DNA of 64,000 bases. It comes from Eledone cirrhosa (Eukaryota). Of this stretch, positions 42,644 through 61,104 are shown piece by piece. Position 1 is the first letter of the stretch. Each line of letters opens with the position of its first letter. Location of the stretch: assembly GCA_964016885.1 (NCBI GenBank), contig OZ024755.1:15190001-15254000 (forward strand), written 5' to 3'. The notes under the pieces are model-generated. The model did no database searches, was not told the origin of the DNA, and was given only the letters and a program-made list of their open reading frames with translations. The translations under genes and the position numbers were made by a program.

Positions 42644-43180
42644 TAACCTCTGTACGGCTACAAAGATATCTAATGAATTACAAAGGAAGGTTAATACAAA
42701 TAGCCAACGAACATGAAAAAAGAAATTGTTTTCTGTCTTGAAGAAGCCAACAAATTAAGCACAGGAGCTGGATTGACACATATTTGCGAACAAAATGAAA
42801 AGAAAGAAGAAACCAAAACAGACATTGTGAAAATGTAACAAAGACATTAACAAACACATAACAAAGACATTCAGAATGTCATGTTAAAACTATGGCAAAA
42901 AATACCCTTACATGGCCAATACCCGACCAAGCTGAATATGTCATCACAAGATCAAAGCCTCCACACCAGAATTTACCAGAGGTACATAATGAAACAGAGC
43001 AGCATAACACAGTAAGTAAATGCAGAAAGTGCTGGACTAAAATCTGAGAATGAAGAATTTCTAGCTACAGCACATTATCAAGTCTTCCTCACCAGAAAAT
43101 ATCAATATTACATAAAACATATGGGGTGGTGGGAAAGACATAATGAACCAGATTGGCCCAATCCTAGCCAATTATGACTA
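42470..43180 (+). pseudogene. Degenerate R4/Dong-clade non-LTR retrotransposon fragment (post-RT)
   Basis: WQKIPLHGQYP...SAGLKSENEEFLATA...LTRKYQ matches the R4/Dong motif W..KPLHGQY...GLK.ETEGF..A.QDQ...TRNY. Confidence 0.7.
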
Positions 43181-44869
43181 CACCCACGGACTTTAAAGGG
43201 TTGGTATTCCAATATGACAATCTGGACAGGTGGTTAAATGTAAATAGAAATAAAGCGTTGTTCTTGCTTATGATATGTCTGCCTCCGAAGAGATTGACAA
43301 TTCTGTTTGAGGCAAGCATAGACTTCACGAATGCTAGAGCTGATAAGCCAGGAGCAGGCAGTCACGAGCTACTATACGGGTAGTAGATTGTGAAACTAAA
43401 GTAGTAAATTGATATTCTGTCCCTACATTGGTCGGTTTAAGCGCGCCCACTCACGACATTACCCTCACAGCAACCAGCTCCGCCAAGGTCCAACGCCTAT
43501 CTTTCAAACCTTTACACATACAACAGAACAAATCTACACACGCACATATGCACCCACATGTGCGTCCACGTATGTTAACTTAATATATACATGATTAGCT
43601 CCCTTTCTAAACTTCTCTAATAACTAAGATACACTGACCAGCAGTATTTTTTTCTCAAACAATGCATCTCCGTTCCTTCCTCTTTTCCTTCTCTAACATT
43701 CTATTTCGTCTTTTATTTCTCAGTCTATATTCTGATGAATGACTAGAGTCTGAAACGTAATCATTTTAAACCACATCTGCTTTCTAAATTGTTCTTTATC
43801 CCACGGGCTTTCATATTCGTCGTTCTTTACTTTTCATACTTCATTGTCATATATATATACATAGTCAATATACTATATCTAGTTAATATTTTGAATATAA
43901 TTTCATGTGTTTAATTCCGCATTAATGTTTCTACCACACAATAACACATTCAAATAGACGTTCTGATATTTTCAAAATCTCTATAACTAAAAGAATAAAC
44001 ATTTATACATATTGATAAAAGATGCGTCATAACTGACAAAAGTGTCTGATACAGGTTAAATAATATTTTTTATCGTAAGAAAATATGCCAATATGTAATC
44101 GTACATGAGGACAATGCATTATTCATTCAGCCACTGTTTGACTACGTCTGCAAACCTCTGTAAAATAATCCGCATTATAATGAAGCAAAGCTAGATTTAC
44201 TCAATTTTACTTTAGAAACTGCTAAATATGTATGTGTTAATATATATTTGTTTATTTATTCTTTGAGGGGGTGGAGAGAATGTAGCATTTTTAGCAGATG
44301 TTTACGTGTATTTAAACAAGGATAATAGCAATTTACACACATATATTGTAAACTGTGCGTAACTTTACGAGATCATATGCTGTATAATGCCGGCAACTAC
44401 GTATGTTGTCTTGTTGGATAATATTCGGCCACAGATATTTCAATACGTAGCAATATATGTTTTAATAATGTTTTCCGCATAGCTTTGTTTAGGCTCTGTT
44501 CCTGCTTTGTTCTTTAATTCCCAGAGAACCATAGACACTGCTAAGATAGGAAATCCTTGGCTACCAATCTTCACTAACGTGCACTTCATCCTCCATCTAT
44601 TCCTGTGGCTGTCCTTCATCAACAGCTGAAATATTCCAGTTATTTTCCCTTATTTTTCCAGAAAACAATTAGCTCAAGTACAATGAGATCTCCTATCACT
44701 TCACATTTTATTTTCAAAGTAACAGCATATTATCATCTTTTTTATATAATTCTATAAAGTCAGCATAGGACCATGAAGTGTTGAGTTACCACTCAATACA
44801 TTTGAGCTGAGCATAAGCTTCTCTTTCCAAAACAAAAGGCGGAAGTTGGGGTGATAGTTTCGTTGTCAC

Positions 44870-44910
<41 letters not shown>

Positions 44911-45030
44911 TACTTTCTTTCAGTTTCCCCCACGCTCTCCGTTTGGACATATATGTGTATAAGTGTGAGTTTGTGTGTACGACTGAGTGTATATGTGTCT
45001 CTCTCTCATATATGTATATATATATATATA

Positions 45031-45247
45031 TAGTAATAACAATAAATGTGAAGACGTACATCCGAAGAGGGCTCGATAAGGATAATATATATATCAAAAT
45101 ATATGAAACCATAGAGCAAATATTTATTAAAATAACAGATTAAAGTTTAAGCAAAGAACCGTTGCTTTCACCCTTAACGGGAACTTCCCTTAAGGATGAA
45201 AGCAGCGATTCTTTGCTTAAACTTTAATCTGTTATTTTAATAAATAT
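45031..45247 (-). mobile_element. Second locus of the palindromic (Penelope-like terminus) family
   Basis: Homologous to 7384-7621. Palindrome 45120-45247 centred on C45184. Confidence 0.7.
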
Positions 45248-47920
45248 ATATATACATATGTGTGTATTCAGAGACGTCTGCATATAAATATGAAAAGAAA
45301 ATTAACGCAGTTATACAAGTGACATAATATATTATGTAACGAAATGTTAGTAATGAATATTTAACATTTTTGAATACAATTACATATGTATTTAACACCA
45401 TTTACTTCTAAGTAGCGCCCCATCTCAAATACACAGTCAAACAGTTATTCTCAAATTTACTAACTTTCATTAAATACGACAATTAATATTCCACATTTGT
45501 ATACGATACATCATAAACGGTGGTAACTGTCTATAACAGGCCTGTTTATTGCTTTTAAAAAATGCATACATGCAGTTTTGCGAATAATAATCGTATAGAC
45601 ATATCATTAACTCAGTTATTGTTTGACTATGACTTCATACATTTGTGAAAACAATAGGAAATTCGACTATTAATGAAGCAAGTTAGTCTTAGTCACATTT
45701 TAGTTCTGCAATTATGAAACATACATACACACACACAGACTCTCACAGACACAGACACACACATATATATATATTTATATATATATATATACACACACTA
45801 TACATATATAAATGTGTGTATGCGTGTCAGAGGTGGGACAAGATAGTTGGGTATATTGTTTGACCTTTCAGAATTAGTATGCAAATCATCTTCATTTCAC
45901 ACCCAATTGTCTTAGGTATGTATGCATATCAATAGATGTACCTTCTTCAAACCACACGCTATTGATTTATATTTGTATATGTTTATGTAAGTTTCTCTGT
46001 GGGAGCCTATAGGACATCGGTAAACTTGCTAGAATAAGCAAGGACATTTGGTTTTGATATTGTCATATTAGCAATGAAAAATTAATGAATTTACGTAAAC
46101 GGTTATCAGAATATCTATAAATATGGTTGTATAAAAAATAGACGTGCGACAAGAATTCCTCTTCTTTTAACGTAGACACTTTTGACAACATTTAATTTCA
46201 CCGTGCATACACTGTAAGCAGTGTTTAACTGTTGGCTGATAATATAGGAAAACGAAAATGATAAAGAGAAAGTTCCCATTTTCGATTTCCAATTTAAGGA
46301 TTGCACCCTACAAAACATTAACAATGTTAAAATCATCTACTAATCTGGATAAAATATTTTGGAAGAGACACTTTGAAAATATATGTCAGGCTGTATTCAT
46401 CAGTCATTCCGAGTAGATAGTCGTCTTCCTTTGCTATGAAAAGACATTTTTCTACAACTGGAGTAGGTGAGAATAAGCAGGCACATGATGTTCTAAGATG
46501 AGACTTCATTCTTCACCCAGGTGAAGTTTGTGATATTTCTCATTCATTCGTATTAGGTTAAAAATCGCATGAATCAGGGAATTTGAAGCAGCAGTTTCAA
46601 ATGAAGGATATTTACAGTAACTACAATAATGATGGATTTCTGGATGAAAAATAAAACTTTGGTTGAGGAATTCAATTTAAGAAAGGAAGTAACTTCAACT
46701 GCAGTAAATGTTAACCAGAAATCACGCATGATAAACATTCTAATATAAGGAAGATATTGTTAAGCTGTTTTGTGATAATTGTGTCTTGATATCAAATCAG
46801 TATTCGTTTTATTGAATAATATAAAACCACATTCGGAGTGAGTAGGTCTGCATAAAATCACATAAATTTCAAATGATGATCGTAAATTGCAAATAAAAGG
46901 TCACCATTTATCAAATAAGTTTAAGATTTGGTTTTCTAGCTGCCAATGGTCTCCATTCTAAATAGGCCAGTTCTGTGAGCCGTACATAAGTGAAATATAT
47001 ACATCAGTACATATTTCCGCTTCAAGAAGTGGTATTACTGTGTAATTAATAAATTTGAGAGATTTTAACTGTGCCTACAAGTATGAACTTAGAAGGGTGA
47101 CATTCAAATCAGATTTTATGATTTATAGACTCCCCATTTAACATCCAGCGTTTATAGGCCTCATAAAACCTTAAATGTTTACAAGACCTACTACAATGTT
47201 AGGTTTCGACTGATAAATATCTCCACAGTAGAAACCTAAGTACCTAAAAATAGACCAAGGAAAATAATAAATCAATTCCATTTCTCCAAATCCATATTTT
47301 TCTGTTAGCTTTTGCAAGATGTATAACTCATCTGCGTTTATGTATGAAATATTTCTTCACAAGGCATTTATTTTACACCATTTATTGGACCCAGAGTATA
47401 AGATATACGCACGAAGAATGATGAATATCGATTAAGTGTGCAAGTGAAGAAATATATTGTGAATGTAAAACAAATTACACACAATAGTGTCTTGTTGAAA
47501 ATTGGTTAGAATTTCTTGTTCAAATGTGAAATCCAATGCTGGGAAGTCAAAGATGTCAGTGCACAATTAAACTGTGAAATTTGACACAAAAGTTGCAGGA
47601 GAAACAAAAGACTAAATTCAATTTATCAAGAGAGACATTGCTTTCAATTGACAATACGTTGAGAGAAACTTTCAGTAAACGTTCATAAAGAAATCAATTA
47701 TATATATATATATATGCACCTATACCTCACCTTCAAACACCATATGTTTGCAAGTGTATACTACTTTTACTCTAACTCACGTATGCACAGGTGTATATAA
47801 TTATAAGGACTACACTTATATCTGAACATATAGAACAAGATGGAAAATACAATTCTACATATACGGAAATATCTTTCCGAAGCCTAGATATATTCAGATA
47901 CTTTATAGTCTTCATTATTT

Positions 47921-48100
47921 TTGGCAGTATCGGTAGAGGGTCGGACGCCATGCTTTCCAGCATAGTTACGTCCCTTTACGATCTGAGTTCAAATCCCGCC
48001 GAGGTTGACTTTGCCTTTCATCCTTACGGGGTCGATAAAATAAAGTACTAGTAATGCACTGGGTAATTGCTGGCCTTGTGCCTAAAAGTAGAAACAATTA
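47921..48100 (+). mobile_element. SINE family B copy, followed by a decayed tandem copy at about 48105-48305
   Basis: Near-identical reverse complement of 13394-13568; B box GAGTTCAAATCCC. Confidence 0.9.
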
Positions 48101-48492
48101 TTTGGACGGTGGATTGGTAATTTCGGTGGAGCTTTCCGGATTATGGTAACGCCCGTTTACGTTACGATTTCAAATCTCACTGAGGTTAGCTTTGTCTTTT
48201 ATCCTAACGGGTTCACTAAAATACAGTACCAGTAACCCATAAGGGTAAATTTAATCGACTTTCCCACCCAAAACATTGTTGCCCCTCTATTTATATCAGA
48301 AGCCGTTATTTAGACGGAGTTCGTTTTTATAGGCTTTCACAGAATCTTAAGTATATGGAACTATTTGCTATATATATTATAAGTGATTATATGTGTGTGT
48401 ATGTGTGCATGAGCGTGTGTGTATGCAAGCATGTATGGTTGTATGTATGTGTGGATGTATGTATATATGCTTATGTGTGTATTTTGTGCGTG

Positions 48493-48542
<50 letters not shown>

Positions 48543-49309
48543 GAACAATTATTGATTTCCAAATTTCATTGTTTTCCTCAGAGACACATTCAAATGAAAT
48601 GGACTTAAACTTTTTACAGACATCTAATCACTAAATTACTTTCCGATAAATGGTTTTAATATTTAATATTTTCTTATTTACTTTCGTTTCAATTTATAAA
48701 TTACATTTGATTTTTTACCTATCATTAATTTAGCTTATCGATGATTTCACTAATTAGAATACATATACAATAATTGAATAAGGTATTTTCTGCAGACATA
48801 TTATAACTAAATTGCTCATATTTAAATATATTGTATTTTTTCTCAATAGACATCTAAATGCTATTTACTTATTTTAAATAGTTACCTATTGATATTTATA
48901 GTGCATCGATTGATGTGAAATTACATTTAGGCTTTCACAAGTCGATTTTTAGATATTTCACAGAAGAAAAATAAAAATAATAATAAAATTATTAGATACA
49001 TGGCGGCGCTATTAGATAATTACAAAAGAATATTACTCAAATTAAGCTAATTTCACTATATTAGAACCACATGAAAATAATTCGTTTCCACAAATTATTC
49101 AGGCATATGGCACTTGTACAATTATATAACCCTTCAGAGAAATCATATATATATATATATGGGTGGAGGGTTATAAGCCTGCATCCCTGTCTTTGCCTCG
49201 TTTATTCTTGAAATATAAATATATATAGGTAGTTCAAGAATAAACAAGACATACACTGGGATGCACAGACACAGTGTCTGATTAAATTCACGCTTGGAAT
49301 GAAGTACGT

Positions 49310-53260
<3,951 letters not shown>

Positions 53261-54514
53261 TGTATTTATGTTCATGCTTGCTGAAATCAAAACCTGACTA
53301 CATAGGAACGATATATTGTAAAGTAATTAAAATAACAATACACACTTTTCTTCAGATATATAACTAGAGTAATTATATTTTACCATTTTCAGTATTCTTT
53401 TCGTCTTGTTTTGTCTCGTTTGTAATCGGTGTCTAATCTATTTAATATTTCAATGTTAAATATATATCCTGTGTAAAATATATATCATAAATGAACCATA
53501 TTAATATGCCATGTGTATATATGTGTGCGGTTGCCTCTATATCTTTAAAATTCACACAGATAGATTTTGGAAACACACACACACAGACCTACACACAAAG
53601 CAATTATTATCTCAATCATATTGTTATAATAATTAGTTCACTTTCCATACCCAATGTCCTAGGTTCTAAGTCGATATTTGTCCTTATAAAAAGTTATTTC
53701 TTCAACGGTTCTCATATATTTAATCATGCATGCCGTCTGTACATATATTCTCAGTAGTTATGTAATTATAGATTAGCAATTATATAATATCTTGCTTATA
53801 TTCAATATCTCAATACTCAATATAAATTGTTTGGTGATTATTATGCAAACGATTAATTTATCAAAACGCAATCTTCCAGCTTGTGTTATCATCCGGTAAT
53901 ACCTGGTATATGTGGCATACAAATCCTGGACTCAATAAATGAGTTTACAAGGAAAGAAAAGGTTTCATATAGTTGTGTAATGAACAGTTAGTGTGTCGCT
54001 ATCAACGTATATATGAAATTGCTTGCTTGTATGTTACGTCTGATATAGATGAATTATTATATAAATACAAGCTCTGTTCGTGTTATATTTTTCTTCATAG
54101 TAACGATCTAAAAACATATATAACGTAACGCAGTTATGTGTAGAACATCGTGAAATTGAATTAACGAGGTGTCTGTCTTGAATCTTATTGCAAAAGAAAA
54201 TAGTGTCTATAATTGAATTTGTTAACGATCTATCATTCTGAACACACTATTATCCTTCATATTTGGCATATGGTAAACATTATAAGAAATATACATGTAG
54301 AACATAGTAATATGTATAACGTTAAGGAATAGTATTTATTGCTGTGTCGGATTTTTTAAGTTTTCTAACATCAAAATATTCTGTTTAGAAATAACACGGC
54401 TAGTTATGATAGAATTAAAAAATAATATATGAGCTTGTTTGATCGAATAGAAAATCCGAATTAGTCTTTCAAGCGTCAGACAGTTATTAACGACTTCTAT
54501 CTCTCATTCTCTCC

Positions 54515-54562
<48 letters not shown>

Positions 54563-54641
54563 AAGCGCATTATATATGTATATATATATATATATATGTG
54601 TGTGTATATATAAAGCGCATTAATATATGTGTGTGAGAGAG

Positions 54642-54889
54642 AGAGTGATCGAAGTTTCAGTTTAATGTATTTTATTCACAATGACGCGTAATACGTAGAT
54701 TTAACTGACCAGCTCTGAGTTTACTCGGTTACAATCTGCTCAAAATAACGACAGATTTGTTCGTTAGATACGAAAATTGGTTCTAGAATAAAGTTGACTG
54801 CAGTCGATTAAGCTAAGAACTGGTCATTTGAGAAATACGTGTTACGTGTGATTAATAGTAAAATATGTTAAACTGAAACTTTAAACTCT
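54642..54889. mobile_element. Degenerate fold-back element / MITE
   Basis: AAGTTTCAGTTTAA...TTAAACTGAAACTT outer inverted match, plus inner TGACCAGCTCT / AGAACTGGTCA. Arms are about 90 bp and imperfect. Confidence 0.6.
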
Positions 54890-55029
54890 ACCTTAATTTT
54901 AACACACTGCATACTACACCAAAAACGAAGCGATATCAGTATGACTCCGCAGTTTCTAACACTGAAAATCCTGAATGCTGATTTCATGTAGTGCCTGTAC
55001 TATTTATTAATTCTCACCAACTGGCTATA

Positions 55030-55395
<366 letters not shown>

Positions 55396-56299
55396 TAAAT
55401 ATATATATATATATATATTTTCTTATTCTTGTTATTAATTCTATCACAGGCGCATCTCAACATGAACATTTGTAAATGTATTTTTAGTGTTTGTTTGAGG
55501 GGGAAATGGTCCAACTTCGATTTCGATGGTAAGTTTTCCAGCTATACAATCAACAAAACAGTGTACACATGAAAAGGACATGGATTTTACAGAATATTCT
55601 ACAGAAACCTTACTTGTTACCAAATAAGAGAAATTCAGCGTAATACTCTGTGTGACATCCCTGCTCCTTTGAATTACATGTATAAGTCTAGACTTCTATA
55701 TTTCTAGCAGTTTCCGTTAATCCAATTCTACTGACAGTTTTTCGACCTGAAGCTATGATAAATAACAACTGTACAATATGTTATGCAGTAGGATATAATC
55801 TTAGGCTGAGTATACGAAGTGAAATTGTTAAATTGTTAAATTCGTATGAGCATCGATCTTAAATACAACGTGTATAGTGCATTTACATCTGGTGGTCTCC
55901 TTATTCATTAAGGTTTGAGTACAGTCGATTGCTGCCTCAGAAAAATATAGAAACGATAGACAAGATTTTAGAGGAATTAGAGGAGAGTTAAAGAAAGTAT
56001 CGATCTCACTACAGGAGGAGTAATTACTTTATCTACCGCGAGAAAATGGAAGGCAAGTCCGCAATGGAAATTATGACAATCTAAAGTAATTTGACTCGAA
56101 TTTACTCTTCCAATTGTGTAGATAAAAATAGAATTTAGCTAAATGTACTCTAGCGCAATATGCATAAATTTTACATACATATTAGTTGGCCACCCTCTAA
56201 TCCGAAAAGCAGATTTACCCAGGTCACACGTATTAAAGTTTGAGTAAATAACAAATATGTAGAAGAATGTTTTGATACAAACTGACTTCTAATTTATAA

Positions 56300-57900
56300 G
56301 ATAACATACTTAATATAAAAAGGACAGAAAGGTAGAGCTTAAAATAAAGATTAAAACACCCGAACAAAAACTAACGGTACAAACCGTAATAAAATATATT
56401 AAAACTATTAGTGTTTGCAATATGAATTGTGGAAAATAAATATAACTGGAAAATAAAACATTACAAGATGAAATTCAATTAGACCTGAAGAATATTTGTT
56501 TAAATAAAATCCATATGAGAAGAAAACCGATGAAAATATGAATGTAATTGAATAAGTGAAAAATGTAAATGTAGAATGATCTAAAATTGGATGTTGCGAA
56601 TGATATAAAGGTGGAAACAGTTCATATTATATAATTAAAATTGATAGATTTCCAACGAAGAATTTTACCAAACTAAAAACGTAATGATAAACCAAAATAA
56701 ACATGGAATTAAAAGCCTCATTGATATATATATATAGGAGGCAGTCTTTTATATCAATATAACCAGAATAATAGAAGAAATGGATGCTGTATGCCAAGTA
56801 GTCATGGAGGAAAAGTGGTCAGCCCCAAAAAGGAGCAAAACCTAATTAACACAAACTGCCTATTCAATTAAATAACGTAAACCCTCTCCCACTCTCTATT
56901 AGGACCAGGAATCATAAGATACAAATGGTTTTCAAGATATATTATTATAGATATACAAACGGCTAAACATTTGTATCCAAAATCAATGACAAGAGACCGT
57001 TAACAAATGGAATCTGTTACTTTGAAGCACAACACACATGAGATTCAAACAAACAATTCGTCTCTTATGTAAATGTTACTTTATCGAGTACTAAGCAAAC
57101 CGAAATAAATACCAATTAATTCCTAACATTGTACTTATGCTACAGTCTTGTGGAAGAGACAGAAATTAATATACATAGAAAGAACACTGATATTATATTA
57201 AATAGATTTTACAAAATATAGAGTGTCCGATATTACATTTTTTTTTTAATAATAAAGCATAACTGATGACTAAAACAAATATTAACATAAGTATATATAG
57301 CGTATCTGTTTCTGTAAATAATTCCCACAAACTACAGAGAAGCTGTGAAATTCTTTAAATATGAAAGAATTATAATAAAATATTTATTATAGAAGAACAA
57401 CAAAAATTCCATTACAAAAATAATATAAATATTAGAAACTCTAAAACAAAACAAAAACATGTTTGTTATTAGGGCGACCAAAATATAACAGAAACATAAC
57501 TAATATGTAACTGTGATATAAATAAAGATATCAGAAATTATTTAAAAGGGTAAATTTTAATTAAAGCCAGATCAATAAATTGGAACTGAAGGAATGTGGA
57601 TACAATTATTAATCCCAACTGTGGGTGGAAAGTAGAGAACTCAAAAGTAGGTTCAAAACCATAGATCAAAGATTAAGTAGTCACCATCAGAAACGAACTA
57701 AAACATAATGACAATCAATATAAAACATAACTAGAACATGTGGAGCCGTGTGAGAAACAAACAATCATATCAGTTCTTTTCTAGATCAAGATATATAGAC
57801 AGACACAACTACATACCGCAAACTGTGCCATTATTATTGAATACCCAAATGAAGTGGAAAGTACAAATATGTTCTTTAAACTATATTTTGCACTATTAAA
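56300..57900 (+). pseudogene. Possible very old L1/Tx1 RT relic
   Basis: A-rich plus strand with scattered motif-like pieces (KINDK); no frame can be reconstructed by eye. Confidence 0.2.
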
Positions 57901-60452
57901 CAGAATTCCTTTTTTGTATGTGAGGAAAATAATCCATTTAATTGATATTAGACTATCCTTCTATGTACATCTTAGGATGTGATGATTGGGAGATTGACAC
58001 GATATACTCCAAAGAGATTTGAACTCCTAACATACAAGCATAAACACCGTTTCTGTAAAGCATTTTCTCTGCCATCATAATATTTCTGATAAATCGCTTT
58101 CATAACAAACAGCAGCGTCATCCAGCGCAGCAACAGTAACATCAAATACAACAAAAAATAATCATATTCATTTTTATAGTTGTCATTGACTTTAAGCCAT
58201 TGCCTGTGGTGTTACCTTTGTTTCTTGAATCTTATTTTTTTTTATATTCTTTGTTGTTAATTCCTGACATTTTGATTTATGTTTCGTTTACAATACTCTT
58301 CTTTTTTAAAAATGTTAGCTAATATCTGCTTTTGACAGTTTTCATTACAAAATCAAAAAAATGCTTTCTGAAAGACTTCTGGGAATGTCTTGGATACAAG
58401 CCAATGCCTACATAAGAGAATCACAATATTTTATATTTTTATATCTCAAGTAATTTCAAATCTGTCAGATAATTTAAGTCTTTTGTAATTTGGTTTTTAA
58501 ATTTTGTTTTAATAATTATTTCTTTGGTAACTTCTTTCATTAAACAGAGACACATATCTGTAAAGGTGTATTTGATCAAATCGACGTGAGTCTTGGAAAC
58601 ATGATCATATAAGACTAGTTTAAATTTGTTTGACAAAATTTAGATCAATTTATAGTAAAATAAAATACATGAAGTGAACATGCTTTTCTATCCATCCGTC
58701 ACTCCTTTATTTTATATACTGTATTTATATGTGTATTTAACTCTCTCTCTCTCTCCCATTTTGGATGCGTTTTGAGTGTAAATTAAGCATTATTTTGTGG
58801 TAAAGCCACACTAGATGCCGACGTTACATTTCATCAGACCCTATAGTGGACACAATGAGTAGACGAGATACGGTTAACGAGAATGAACAGGGTGCGAGGG
58901 ATGTGGTGTGAACGTGGTACTATATGACTTCTGGCTTGTTAGTTTCTAAGGAGTATATGTCTGGGGTGGAAATATAATATTCAGAACAAAGAAACATCAC
59001 GATTGTATTGTTGGTGAATGTATTCCAAAGGGGACATTCCCAAGAATCTGTTGGTTCTCTGTTTTTTTAGCTAGATCAAAGATGCCACGAATATTTAGTA
59101 ATGTGGGATTTAGAGAAAAGGATAAAACAAGAGTCAATATTAGGGAATAAGTAGGGGAAGAGGGATATCCCTCGGTTCGATGATGATGAGTGTTCAATAT
59201 GTTTGGTCAATGATACAGCTTCCGCGGTAAATTAAGTAACAACGATTACAAGTAGCAACGATTCCACAAAAACGTGTACCCTTAACCAAATACTCAGAGA
59301 GTTTCAGTATAGTACATTGTGAGGACAGACTCGACTTTTGAAATACACTAGTTCACCTGATTCTATGTTTTATCCGTCCACCTTATTGCAATCACATGGC
59401 ATGTGTCAACTCAAGTGGATGGTAAAAGCCACTGACTAAGATGCCACGCTATGGAATTGAACCAAGGACCTAACTATTACAAAGCGACCCAGTTAAGCAT
59501 TCGGCTATGTTGCCTTCACATGTGGATAATGAGGAATAGACAAATTAACTAATAGTAAGGGTATTGTAATACTGGACATAGCTGACAGTTCTGCACTAAT
59601 ATTGCAATATAATGTCACAGACGCTTGTTTATCTTAGACCGTTTTGGGTGTACATCTCCGGGTACCACAATGATATCAATCATATAAATTAAGAAATAGC
59701 GTTGGATTTAACGTAAAGACCTATTTTCGTTACCCATAACGTAACTTCAAGCAATACTATTTACTAGATACCAAAGTTTACATTAGTATACTCAGAAAGT
59801 GATTCATTTCTACAATTTATAAGATTCAAATATGAATAATTGGCCCTAAAATGTATTACTATTATATTAAAGTGTTTAAGAAGAAAAGCTTTCTTTTTAT
59901 AAAAGTATTTACCACTCAGTAAATTTAGTTTTACAGTTCTATCAATGCAGTCCAACTAAATGAAATTGACTAATCACTCTATAAAGATAATTACAAAAGA
60001 TTTAATTACATGACATTATGTCTAATTCGTCTTGAAAGCAGTCTCTTCTTCTTCAATAATTTACCCTCACCCATTCACAACTCATACAAGTAGTTGTTTA
60101 GTGCGATAACGATTAATCGATAGGTAAACATTTGTCTCGGTTACGTCAAGTAAAATAACGAGAGAACAGGAGAAATCAGGACAATATACTTTACAGTATC
60201 TCATTTATTATTTTAAGTTCTGACTTCAAATTACGTCTGGGTCGATTCTGCATTGTATCCTTCCTGGTCACTTATAATATATTGGCGTTTTGCCGAATAT
60301 AAATAAGCCAATAATATTAGTCTCTTCCATTATTGTGATGAAGCCCTGTTGATCTATGTCACAGCCTAATCTGTTTAGGTTAACGTCTAGCCCTATTGTG
60401 TTCACTACGCTAATCATTATTGCGTGTCATATTAAAATGTCTCGTACATGTG

Positions 60453-60507
<55 letters not shown>

Positions 60508-60565
60508 GTTTGTGTGTGTGTGTGTGTATGTGTATTTATATATGTGTGTATGTATTTATATATAT

Positions 60566-60681
60566 AGGAAAATGTTAGACCCCGACGGCAGAGCTCAAGC
60601 CGTTTCGACGGCTATTTCTGGACTAAATTAGAATTTTTAGCGTGGTAAATAAATAGCCGAACTTTTCAAGGGGTAATTCCT
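60566..60681 (-). ncRNA. Type I hammerhead ribozyme candidate (U3-A8 core variant)
   Basis: Minus strand: AGGAA-UU-ACCCC [UUGAAAA] G-UU-CGGCUAUUU..33 nt..AAAUAGCCG-U-C [GAAA] CGGC-UUGAGCUCU-GCCG [UC]/ GGGGU-CUAACAUU-UUCCU. All three stems pair. GUC cleavage triplet, with the predicted cut between 60584 and 60583. Confidence 0.8.
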
Positions 60682-61070
60682 TATATGGGAAGATTGTAGT
60701 TGTCAAGAGGATTGGGCAAAATTTCTTGTAAACACAATTAAGTCTACCATGGAAATGGTGGTGGTGGCTGAACTTGCCTGTAGAACAATGAGGGGGTGGG
60801 TGGAGCCGGTCAAGCGTTGAAAGTGAATTCTATACAAATTCTAAGGATTGTGAAAAAGAGCTAGAGAAAGCAGGCGAAAACGGATTCTGGAGAAAATAGA
60901 GAAGGGTCGTTATAGAATTGGCAAATCAATTGATATTAGAAGATAGTAAATAAATAGAAAATATATATAAATGTAGAATTGAATAATAGGAAGTGATAAA
61001 AAAATCTCTAGAATCTAAAACAGCTGCTATATTTAGTTGGTCCATCTGGTTCCTTACCACACCTCCTTCG

Positions 61071-61071
<1 letters not shown>
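60566..61071 (-). mobile_element. ~500-bp non-coding element ending in the hammerhead (Penelope pseudo-LTR or retrozyme-like)
   Basis: Discrete unique-sequence block bounded by TA-rich microsatellites on both sides, with the hammerhead at its 3' end and no ORF. The class assignment is inference. Confidence 0.45.

Positions 61072-61104
<33 letters not shown>

Noticed and set aside
46400-47700. Possible hAT transposase relic (LLDPEY, VERNF-like motifs)
   Set aside because: Motifs too sparse, no TIRs or frame; cannot be supported by eye.
58815-58845. Minus-strand CTGATGA followed by AACGTC
   Set aside because: Stem II and GAAA are missing; at best a deleted relic.
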